Origin: Bythopirellula sp.
Lineage (GTDB): Bacteria > Planctomycetota > Planctomycetia > Pirellulales > Lacipirellulaceae
Assembly: GCA_965216565.1 (NCBI GenBank)
Contig: OZ244170.1
Location: 224,001-288,000 of the forward strand
Direction: 5' to 3'
Length of the DNA: 64,000 nt
Shown here: positions 11,934-20,906 of the stretch, piece after piece
Position numbering within the stretch: the first letter of the stretch is position 1
How the letters are laid out: each line of letters opens with the position of its first letter
Program-made: the position numbers and the translations under genes
Notes under the pieces: model-generated
The model's database searches: none
The model's input: the letters and a program-made list of their open reading frames with translations, nothing else
Told to the model about the DNA's origin: nothing

Positions 11934-12909
11934 TGCTACTTTCGTAAACACGTGTGACAAGCTCGAGCGACAATTCAGGATTATTCGTTCGCTGGTCCGC
12001 GATCGCGACACTCGACGCGGCCATCGCAAACCCCACCGTCTTGTTGATGTCCCAATCGTTTAACCACGAGTAGGCGAGGCCAGCCACGAATGCATCGCCA
12101 GCTCCTCCCGCGTTGACGGGAGCGGCTTGCTCTTCAGGGAGCTTGTAAATACTTTGTTTGTTGCCATCGCTGACATATACGCCATCCTTGCCCAAAGTTA
12201 CGAAGAGTCTTGTCAGGCCTTGTTGGTGGAACCAATCGGCGATCTTCGGCAAGTCACCTTCTTCCTTCACCTCGAATCCGGCTAGCTCCTCAGCCTCCAT
12301 GAGATTCGTCTTCAATGTGTGCACCGAGTTTAGATGTGGCCGGATCTTGACTGCTTTGGCGGTTGAGACTGAATCGACAAAGAGAGGCCGAGCCTCAGTA
12401 CCGCCCGCCAGCCATGCCAATGCATCTTCGCTGAGATTCGTGTCCAGGACAACCAATGCTGCTTGGTTTAGCAGTTGTTTGTGAACTTGCAGCTGTTGTG
12501 GTCCTAGCCGATCGATAATAGTCATGTCCGAGATGGCCACGTGCATGTCGCCGGACCCATCGATGATCGAGAGATAAGTTGACGTATGTTCGGAATCGAT
12601 TTGCGACACATGCTGCATGTCGATTCCAGCGGCTGTTCCCTGCTCCAGCAACTGGCGTCCATGCTGATCGCTACCTACGGCTGAGATCAGTCGACAGGCA
12701 GCACCCAATCGCGATATGTTTTCGGCGATATTTCGCGCTACTCCACCTGGCGAAGTCCGTACAGTTCCGGGGTTGGAGTCTTTCAGGAGCAGCCTGCTAT
12801 TGGGAACTCCGTGGATGTCCATGTTCATCCCACCAATAACAACCACGTAAGGGCTATTTGGGGAGTTGACATTACCAGAAGCAGAGGTGTTTCCAGCCGG
12901 CGGATTCAT
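11923..12909 (-). CDS. psuK: PfkB-family kinase, probable pseudouridine kinase
   Basis: DSNPG, GGVARNIAEN and GAGDAF; coupled to psuG. Confidence 0.85.
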   Translation of the reverse strand: MNPPAGNTSASGNVNSPNSPYVVVIGGMNMDIHGVPNSRLLLKDSNPGTVRTSPGGVARNIAENISRLGAACRLISAVGSDQHGRQLLEQGTAAGIDMQHVSQIDSEHTSTYLSIIDGSGDMHVAISDMTIIDRLGPQQLQVHKQLLNQAALVVLDTNLSEDALAWLAGGTEARPLFVDSVSTAKAVKIRPHLNSVHTLKTNLMEAEELAGFEVKEEGDLPKIADWFHQQGLTRLFVTLGKDGVYVSDGNKQSIYKLPEEQAAPVNAGGAGDAFVAGLAYSWLNDWDINKTVGFAMAASSVAIADQRTNNPELSLELVTRVYESSNAN

Positions 12910-12972
12910 GGATGATACTTCGACAATGAATAAGCTCTAGCTTGGACGGCTGGGGCAAGGTACTCCGAGTGG

Positions 12973-14349
12973 CTATTTTCCGAATCGCTTCTCGATTTGC
13001 TTATGCATTTCGTCGCGCACCGCTTCGTAGCTATCGGGGAGCTCGATCGGCGGGTTGGGAAACTCGGGTTTGAATCCCGCCAACTGTTGCTCGTGGTATT
13101 TGACTTTGAAATCGATGAACTTTAATCCGGCTGCAGTCGAGATTACGACTACGCGCTGTCCGCGCTGGATGTCGCCACGCTTGACCAATTTCTCGGTTGC
13201 TGCCAGGGCGACTCCGGTATGGGGGCAATTGAATAGGCCGGTCCGATCTGCCCGTGCTGAGGCTTCGGAAAGCTCGGCCTCCGAGGCTTGCTCGACAACG
13301 CCATCGTATTTCTTGAGCGCGGCGACTGCCTTGGCATAGGACACGGGATTGCCAATTTGAATCGCGGTAGCCATGGTCGACTGGGCTTGCTGCGGTTCCA
13401 AGTCATCGAAACCTCGTTGGTAGGCTTGATATAACGGGTTGGCGGCTTCGGCTTGGGCACAGCAAATTCGCGGCCGGCCTTTGGCCAAGCCCAACTCGCT
13501 GAGCATATCGAGACCCTTCGCGAGGGCGGAGACGTTGCCCAGGTTTCCGCCGGGGATGATGATCCAGTCGGGCATGTTCCAATCGAATTGCTCAACAATC
13601 TCAATGGCGACAGTTTTCTGCCCTTCGATCCGCAGACTGTTCATTGAGTTCGCCAGGTAGATGCCTTCTTCCGAGGCGATGCGTTTGACGATTTCCATGC
13701 ATCCATCGAAATCGGTGTCGATGGCAAACACCATGGCACCGTTGGCTACTGGTTGAATAAGCTGAGCGATCGAAACCTTACCGTTGGGGATAAATACGAT
13801 CGCCGGGATTCCCGCCGCGCCTGCATAGGCAGCTAGGGCGGCTGATGTATCACCCGTCGAGGCACATGCTACCGCCGGGATCGTTTGCCCTTGGTTGATC
13901 ATTTGACGAACCATCGAAACCAGCACAGTCATGCCGAGGTCTTTGAACGAACCAGTGTGCGAGTTGCCGCACTGCTTGATCCACAGATCATCCAGTCCGA
14001 TCTGTTCGCCGTAGCGTTCGGCCCAAAAGAGATTCGTATTCCCCTCGTACATCGAGACGACATTTTCATCGGCGACGCCGGGGAGCACCCACTCTTTTTT
14101 CCCCCACACGCCCGAGCCGTAGGGCCACTTGGTGCCGCGTCCTCTCTGGTAAAATATCTGCTTCCACTCGTCGGCCGACTTCTTGCGAAGCTCGTCCATA
14201 TCGTGCACCACTTCCAGCAGACTGCCGTCAGAACCGGTGTAGACGACTTCGTTTAGCTCGAAACGTTCATCGGGATTGCTGATGCTTTGAAACCAAGCAC
14301 GAGGTTGAAAATCTTGGTCGGTTGATGGTTGGGCAGAGAGAGTTGACAT
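12973..14349 (-). CDS. thrC: Threonine synthase
   Basis: [11 protein letters not shown] (PLP lysine), [27 protein letters not shown] and PGGNLGN. Confidence 0.93.
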   Translation of the reverse strand: MSTLSAQPSTDQDFQPRAWFQSISNPDERFELNEVVYTGSDGSLLEVVHDMDELRKKSADEWKQIFYQRGRGTKWPYGSGVWGKKEWVLPGVADENVVSMYEGNTNLFWAERYGEQIGLDDLWIKQCGNSHTGSFKDLGMTVLVSMVRQMINQGQTIPAVACASTGDTSAALAAYAGAAGIPAIVFIPNGKVSIAQLIQPVANGAMVFAIDTDFDGCMEIVKRIASEEGIYLANSMNSLRIEGQKTVAIEIVEQFDWNMPDWIIIPGGNLGNVSALAKGLDMLSELGLAKGRPRICCAQAEAANPLYQAYQRGFDDLEPQQAQSTMATAIQIGNPVSYAKAVAALKKYDGVVEQASEAELSEASARADRTGLFNCPHTGVALAATEKLVKRGDIQRGQRVVVISTAAGLKFIDFKVKYHEQQLAGFKPEFPNPPIELPDSYEAVRDEMHKQIEKRFGK

Positions 14350-14765
14350 GGCAAGTCGTGCTAGTGAGTTGGGTGGCTAGGGCACTCCTGCGGAGGGCCC
14401 AATTGGAGACAGTTTTCGGAGGACTCATGCTCCTCGACGGTTGACTCCAGTGTACACAACAGGAGTGGAATCGCCGAGGCGGGCCGATGCAGCTGGGTAG
14501 TATTCCTAGGCGGATTTTGTTCCGGCAAACTTGATTTCCATGGCGAAGAAGGCCTAGGCCAAAATTGCGGATACCCCTTATTCGCGGGGAATTCCCTCAA
14601 GTTCGCAGGATTTCGGTGAGTCGACCGCTTGGCTATTGCTGCGTCGAGGGCAGCATCACTGAGCTAATAGAACAGGAGGGAAATCTACCTGGCAGCTAAA
14701 ATTTCCCTAACCGGAACAGGGATGATTTTGCGGGCTATGGTTCTACTCGTCAGAACCGTCTGACG

Positions 14766-15737
14766 ATGAATAATCTGTTCCACCCAACAATGGAACGCAA
14801 GCTTGGAGATAAGGAAATCTCTTCATACTCAGGGACGAAGGGCTGCACGGTGTTTGATCGATTCTGGAAATATGTTTTTTTTCTTTGCCTAGCCAGCACA
14901 ATGTCCTTCTCGACTCAGAGCCAGGCCTTAAGCGATGACCATTGGCTTGAGACACTGGAAATCTTTGGCGGAATCGATGGTAGTAAGCAGCCCCAGGATT
15001 TTGGCGTCAATGCGAACTTGGGCGGACGTTTTCACGTGAATTGGGGCGGTCCCGTCCTCGCTGATTACGGACTGGGTATGCAGTTAGGCACTGCAATTGT
15101 TTCTTCGGACAATGCGGTGCGAGTTTACGAACTCGTCGGGGAAGCAGGGGGACGCCACCAGAGTTTCACTACTGCCGGAATGTTTCAGCGTCTTGAAAAT
15201 GGTTTTAGCTGGGGAATAGTCTACGACTTCCTTTACGAAGAGTCGTTCGACGATTTCTTTCTTGGCCAGTGGCGAATTCGTACTGCTTACGATCTGACAC
15301 GAGATTGGCAGGTCGGTATGACAGTGAACATTGCCGAGGAAGACGAAACGGGACAGTTCAATGCCACGACAGTGACACTGGCTCCGATTTCACAGGCCCA
15401 TTGGTATGTGAGGCATCTGTGGCAGACCGGGACTCAAACAACATTTTGGGTAGGTATTGCAGAGGAGCATGGCGAAAACAATGCCGTGACCGGCCCTTCG
15501 CCAGGTAAGGACGAAGTCTTTCTGTTCGGTGCCGATTTCCTCGCCCCGCTGAACGATAGTCTGGCTCTCTACGGCGAGACGAATCTTATGATGCCAGCCG
15601 ACACTGGGACCGTCGATGCATTCCTCGGCGTGCAATGGTTCCCCTGGGGCAATGCAAAACGGGCCCGGCGAACGGATTTCTCTCCACTGTTGCCCGTTGC
15701 CGGCAGCCCAACATTCTCAGTCGACCTCCGCCAGTAA
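14766..15737 (+). CDS. Planctomycete putative outer-membrane beta-barrel protein (DUF6666-like)
   Basis: FGGIDGSKQPQDFGVNAN; amphipathic beta-strand pattern; signal peptide suggests a start near GTG 14850. Confidence 0.55.
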   Translation: MNNLFHPTMERKLGDKEISSYSGTKGCTVFDRFWKYVFFLCLASTMSFSTQSQALSDDHWLETLEIFGGIDGSKQPQDFGVNANLGGRFHVNWGGPVLADYGLGMQLGTAIVSSDNAVRVYELVGEAGGRHQSFTTAGMFQRLENGFSWGIVYDFLYEESFDDFFLGQWRIRTAYDLTRDWQVGMTVNIAEEDETGQFNATTVTLAPISQAHWYVRHLWQTGTQTTFWVGIAEEHGENNAVTGPSPGKDEVFLFGADFLAPLNDSLALYGETNLMMPADTGTVDAFLGVQWFPWGNAKRARRTDFSPLLPVAGSPTFSVDLRQ

Positions 15738-15970
15738 TCGGCGCAATCGCCACAGTTGTTTCAATTGCAAAACTCGGCGCACAAAATGTGACCAGAGGTA
15801 AGGGACTCCCCTAGGCAGGCAGAAAACTGCCATTCTGTGAGCAAGGCTTGTGGGTCTAACCCTACATCAGAAGCCTTTGAATTAAGGTGCGCCGTCGTTC
15901 TGTTGTCCCCCGTGATCAACCTCCACGTGGGTACGGCCCGATGTGCGTCTACCTAACAAATACATAAAAT

Positions 15971-18900
15971 ATGGCTCCAGAATTGACAACTAACGCCTCT
16001 ACAGAGCTTGGCATTGAGCCCTCTTATCCAGCGGAACGCGCTGCGCCCAACGAAGTTGTGGATGCAACGTCGAGCCGTGCGTATCAAGTTCTCAATCAGA
16101 TCAGCGCAGGCCAAGATGGTGTCGCCTACGAAGCCGTCAATAAGAACAACGACCAGCAAGTCGAGCTTTGGAAACTCGTCGGGACTCAACACGTGGTTGG
16201 GCGTGAGGAAGAAGTCCTCCAACGGCTGAGCCTGGTCCAATTGCTTCGCCATCCCGCAACGCGCCGGGTTCACACTGTTATCAAAGACGGTTCCCAACCA
16301 ATTGTCATTCTTGAGACCTCACCACCAGCTACACTGAAAGATTGGCTCCGACTTGGCGGTCCAGATTTCAATCCGCTGACGATTCTTCGATCTGTTGTCG
16401 GGGCACTGGATGAAGCACATAAGCTGGGCCTCTCACACGAAGCAATTTACCCAGAGTCTATTCGATTGCAGAGCGATCTTACGCCGCAACTCGATTTCAC
16501 GCGACTAAGTGTAACGTCGCCCCCAACAGGCGAGCCTGTCAGGTTCTCTCACGCAAACGAGTTACCCTTCGAGAATCGCGACATAGCCAACGACTCTTAC
16601 TGCGTGGGCCAACTAATAGATTGGTTGCTTGAGGAGTATCCAGAATTTGAGCACTCGTGTCATGAAACTTCGAGCCGCCATACCGCTGAGCTCAGGCAGC
16701 TCGCCCAAAGTGCAATTCACGATTCATCATCGGATCGACCCTCGTTAGCGAGATTTGTCGAATGTTTCTCTGCATTTCTGGATGAGGATCAAGAAGACCA
16801 GTCTGCTACGGAATTTGATGCCGAGAAAACTGACAGCGTGGCCGAGGGCTACTCTGGAACTCTGTCGAACCAATTCGTCTCCAGTGATTCGACCGCAGAA
16901 CTATCGGGTAACGTTGCACCGGCCGACTCTACGGCCGAGCTGAGCGCCATACCCCAGGTTGCTGATTCGACTGCCGAGATAGATTCCACTGCAGGTTCGG
17001 CTCCCGGCACCGCCGACTTGGGGCTCTTGGGCCCCGTTCCTACGCGGAAACAGAATGCCATTCGCATGCCTAATGCGGGTGAGCGGCTGGGGCGTTACCA
17101 GATTCTCAAGAAAATTGGCGAGGGCGGGATGGGGGCCGTCTATCAAGCTGAAGATATCAGCGATGGTTCGCTTGTTGCCATCAAAGTACTTAGCGAGTCG
17201 GCGAGTTTAAGGTCCAATTCTTTGCAGCGATTTCACAAGGAAGCGCGACTGCTCGCCGCGGTGAACAATCCTCACGTTGCCAATCTGATCGAAGTCAACG
17301 AGCAAGACGGATTGCACTACATCGTGCTGGAGTTTGTTGAAGGAGTCGATCTCAAGCATGTTTTAGCGCTCCGTTCGCCCCTGGCCGAGGAGCAAGCCCT
17401 GTCCATCGCCGCGGATATTGCTCGAGCGTTAGTCGATGCCCATCAAAGCGAAATTGTGCATCGGGATATCAAGCCCGAAAACGTGTTGCTCGATCTTTCG
17501 TCCGGTTTAAAGGTCGAGGATCTAACTGAAACAGATCAGATGCCAAGGGTCAAGTTGACCGACTTCGGCATTGCCCGACACGTGAACCAATCGGAATCGT
17601 TAGCGGTGACTCAGGCGGGGGGTATCCTTGGCACGCCGATGTATATGTCGCCTGAGCAGTGCAAAGGCAAGGGTGAGATCACGCCGCAATCGGATGTCTA
17701 TGCCCTTGGCATCACACTATACGAAATGCTCGGCGGTAAAACGCCCTTTCAAGCTGACGATCCGATGAAGCTAGCCGGCATGCATTGTTTCGATGCCCCG
17801 CCAGCATTAAGAAAATTAAATCCACAGGTCAGCGAACTCGCTGCGGGAATTGTTGACAAAGCGATTGCTAAGAAGCCGATCGATCGCTACGCCGACGCCG
17901 CCCATATTCTTCGCGACCTCGACCAGCTCTTGCGAGGCGAACCCTCGGAAATAGCGGTGCACCCGTTATTGCCCGAGCACGATCCGTTGCAGGTAATTGG
18001 CAACGAAATGATGTGGGAACTTAAGTCGTCTCCCGAGCAGTTGTGGCCCATGGTGGCAAATACTGAGCGGCTGAATCGTGCGATAGGTTTGCCCCCAGTG
18101 AAATACAGCACGCGCGTCGACGAAAATAACAAGGTGCGTCGATTTGCCGAGATTTCGCTGGCCGGCTTCCAGATCTCTTGGGAAGAGCACCCATTTGAGT
18201 GGATTGAGGGCCGTCGAATGAGTGTCCTACGCGAATTCAAATCGGGCCCGTTCAAATGGTTCACCAGTACGGTTGAGCTAGAAAGAACATCCGAGGGTGG
18301 CACTAATCTGAAACACTGTGTAAAGATTCTGCCCCGAAACATGGTTGGCAAGTTGCTAGCGAAGATCGAGACAGGTAGCAAATGCCAGCGTTCTTTGGGC
18401 CGAGTCTACAGCCGCATGGATGAAACACTCTCAGGCAAACATGGAGAGTCGCCAGTCGTCGATCCGTTTGAACCCGCTGCTTCAATGGCTAAGCACCAGC
18501 GCGAGCGACTCGAGAACCGCATCGATCTGTTAATCAAACGCGGTGTAGACACAGAGCTTGCCCAGATGCTGGGTGACTATGTTGCTGCTGCTCCTGCTCA
18601 GGAGTTAGCAAAGATTCGTCCCTTGGAACTGGCCGAACGATTGCAGTTGGACAGTCAGGAACTAGTGGATGCCTGTCTCCTAGCGAGTGCGGAAGGATTG
18701 CTAATGTTGCAATGGGATATTCTGTGTCCCACCTGCCGCGTCGCTGCTGATACACAAACTACCCTAAAAGAACTCAAAGGCCATACGCATTGCGAAGCGT
18801 GCAATACAGACTTCGACTCAGACATTGCCAACTCTGTAGAGATGGTATTCCGAGTGAACTCTGATCTGCGAAAAACGGAGTTAGACAAGTTTTGCATTGG

Positions 18901-19804
18901 AGGACCAGGGCACTCACCGCATGTGGTTGCACAGGTTCGCATCGAGCCTACAGAGCGTATCGAGCTGGAATTGAACTTGCCAATCGGCGAATACCTCCTG
19001 CGGGGTCCGCAGCTTGCTAAGTCGGTAACGCTCAAAGTCCGCTCATGCGGTGCGCCCAGCCAACATGAGGTGGTGCTCAACGGTAGTCTAGACAATCGAC
19101 AAACCCCACTGTTGCGTGCGGGAAAACAGTTACTGTGGATCTGCAATGAATTCGACACCCTACAAGTTGTTCGGCTCGAACGAACTATTCCACGCAATGA
19201 TGTCGTCACTGCGGCCCAAGCCTCGGCATTGCCTCGTTTTCGAGAGCTATTCCCAGGCGAAGTGCTCGACTCGGGCCAGCTCATCTCTACCGAGCAGGTA
19301 ACCATGGTGGTCACCACCGTCCCCGAAGTCGATGCCATTTATGCTGAGCTAGGAGATGCAGCGGCGTACGAACTGTTGCAACGAAACATCGCGCATCAAC
19401 AAAAAACGATTCAAGAAAGCGGTGGTGCCGTAATCAAGACTGTCGGCGAGGGAGTCGTCGCCGCATTCGATCAGGTTGAAGCGGCTGTCGAGGCTGCATT
19501 TCAATTGGATGATACACGTACCTCGGAACCGGGTTTGGCCAAGCTTGAAAGTTCGGTCGGTATTCATCGCGGACCGGCCTTGGTAACTACCGTAAACGAC
19601 CGCTTGGACTATTTCGGTGCCACTGCACGGATTGCGACTGCCCTGCCCCATGCCTCTCACGGAATCTCAATGACGGAACCGGTGTACTCCGATCCATTGG
19701 TTCACGAATACCTGCAGCAGAACAAGCTTGCAGGCAGCTTGCTAACCCTGGATTTGCCAGGAAAGCCAAATCAAATTGTGCAATGCTTTGCCAACGACGA
19801 GTAA
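15971..19804 (+). CDS. Multidomain Hanks-type Ser/Thr kinase: degenerate kinase + kinase + SRPBCC-like + DUF5939-like Zn-ribbon + class III cyclase-like domain
   Basis: GEGGMG, VAIK, HRDIKPEN, DFG and YMSPEQ; WEEHPFEW; CPTC..CEAC; GIHRGP..RLDYFG. Confidence 0.85.
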   Translation: MAPELTTNASTELGIEPSYPAERAAPNEVVDATSSRAYQVLNQISAGQDGVAYEAVNKNNDQQVELWKLVGTQHVVGREEEVLQRLSLVQLLRHPATRRVHTVIKDGSQPIVILETSPPATLKDWLRLGGPDFNPLTILRSVVGALDEAHKLGLSHEAIYPESIRLQSDLTPQLDFTRLSVTSPPTGEPVRFSHANELPFENRDIANDSYCVGQLIDWLLEEYPEFEHSCHETSSRHTAELRQLAQSAIHDSSSDRPSLARFVECFSAFLDEDQEDQSATEFDAEKTDSVAEGYSGTLSNQFVSSDSTAELSGNVAPADSTAELSAIPQVADSTAEIDSTAGSAPGTADLGLLGPVPTRKQNAIRMPNAGERLGRYQILKKIGEGGMGAVYQAEDISDGSLVAIKVLSESASLRSNSLQRFHKEARLLAAVNNPHVANLIEVNEQDGLHYIVLEFVEGVDLKHVLALRSPLAEEQALSIAADIARALVDAHQSEIVHRDIKPENVLLDLSSGLKVEDLTETDQMPRVKLTDFGIARHVNQSESLAVTQAGGILGTPMYMSPEQCKGKGEITPQSDVYALGITLYEMLGGKTPFQADDPMKLAGMHCFDAPPALRKLNPQVSELAAGIVDKAIAKKPIDRYADAAHILRDLDQLLRGEPSEIAVHPLLPEHDPLQVIGNEMMWELKSSPEQLWPMVANTERLNRAIGLPPVKYSTRVDENNKVRRFAEISLAGFQISWEEHPFEWIEGRRMSVLREFKSGPFKWFTSTVELERTSEGGTNLKHCVKILPRNMVGKLLAKIETGSKCQRSLGRVYSRMDETLSGKHGESPVVDPFEPAASMAKHQRERLENRIDLLIKRGVDTELAQMLGDYVAAAPAQELAKIRPLELAERLQLDSQELVDACLLASAEGLLMLQWDILCPTCRVAADTQTTLKELKGHTHCEACNTDFDSDIANSVEMVFRVNSDLRKTELDKFCIGGPGHSPHVVAQVRIEPTERIELELNLPIGEYLLRGPQLAKSVTLKVRSCGAPSQHEVVLNGSLDNRQTPLLRAGKQLLWICNEFDTLQVVRLERTIPRNDVVTAAQASALPRFRELFPGEVLDSGQLISTEQVTMVVTTVPEVDAIYAELGDAAAYELLQRNIAHQQKTIQESGGAVIKTVGEGVVAAFDQVEAAVEAAFQLDDTRTSEPGLAKLESSVGIHRGPALVTTVNDRLDYFGATARIATALPHASHGISMTEPVYSDPLVHEYLQQNKLAGSLLTLDLPGKPNQIVQCFANDE

Positions 19805-19811
19805 GAACATC

Positions 19812-20906
19812 ATGAATGCAACTGACAATCAATCGACTACTAAAAATCCTTGGACGCTTACCGAATGTCGCGATGACGGCTCGGCGGGGCAGACCATCAA
19901 TATTTCGTCCGTGCAGTTTACTGTGGGGCGAATGGCGGGCACTTCGCTGACGGTGCCTTTCAACTCGGTATCGAAGAATCACGCGGTGATTGAAATCGAA
20001 GAAGGCCGCCCGGTCATACGCGACCTGGGGAGTACGAATGGTACTTTTGTGAACGGTCGGCCAATTACTTCCGCTCCGCTCACCAACGGCGACATCGTTC
20101 AGTTTGCAGACACCATGTACCGAGTGGGAGAGCCACAGGCTGAGGAATTTGGTGCCACCATCGCGGGCGATTCTCTTCCTTGGGCGACTGCACTCATTAA
20201 ATTCGACGAGCTAATGGAGGGCGAGGGAGTTCATCCTCATTTTCAGCCGATTGTCGAATTGCCCAGTGGGAACACGGTGGCCTACGAACTTTTGGCACGT
20301 AGTATCCACGAAGGTCTTCAGAGTCCTTATCAAATGTTTACGACTGCTGCTCGGTTAGGACAAGAATGTGGGCTTAGCGAGCTCATGCGCCGCGAAGGCG
20401 TAAGAGACGCTTTGCAAATGACGGATTGCGGCAACCTGTTTTTGAATACCCACCCTAAAGAGATCATCAATCCAAGATTCTTGCAATCGCTGCACGAGCT
20501 TCGCGTGCTTACCCCCAACTTGCCGATCACGATCGAGTTGCATGAAGGTGCCATCACTCAGATGGACGACATGAAAAACTTCAAAGCGTTACTCGACGAC
20601 CTGGATATGCTGTTGGCCTACGACGACTTTGGCGCGGGGCAAGCTCGACTCGACGAATTGACCGAGATTCCTCCGCACTACTTAAAGTTCGACATCAAGT
20701 TTATTAGAGAAATCGACAAAGCATCGGCTAGTCGTCAAGGCATGGTCGAGACACTAGTGCGCCTAGTGAAAGAACTGGGCGTCTACGCCTTGGCCGAGGG
20801 CGTTGAAAATGCTGACGAGGGGGAGACCTGCACACAACTCGGTTTCGATTTGGCACAGGGCTATCACTTCGGTCGACCGGCGCCGCGTGAGTCTTGGGAG
20901 AAATGA
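19812..20906 (+). CDS. FHA domain + EAL c-di-GMP phosphodiesterase
   Basis: VGR..VSKNHA..DLGSTNGTFVNG; FQPIV, YELLAR, DDFGAG, KFD, AEGVE and QGY. Confidence 0.9.
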   Translation: MNATDNQSTTKNPWTLTECRDDGSAGQTINISSVQFTVGRMAGTSLTVPFNSVSKNHAVIEIEEGRPVIRDLGSTNGTFVNGRPITSAPLTNGDIVQFADTMYRVGEPQAEEFGATIAGDSLPWATALIKFDELMEGEGVHPHFQPIVELPSGNTVAYELLARSIHEGLQSPYQMFTTAARLGQECGLSELMRREGVRDALQMTDCGNLFLNTHPKEIINPRFLQSLHELRVLTPNLPITIELHEGAITQMDDMKNFKALLDDLDMLLAYDDFGAGQARLDELTEIPPHYLKFDIKFIREIDKASASRQGMVETLVRLVKELGVYALAEGVENADEGETCTQLGFDLAQGYHFGRPAPRESWEK

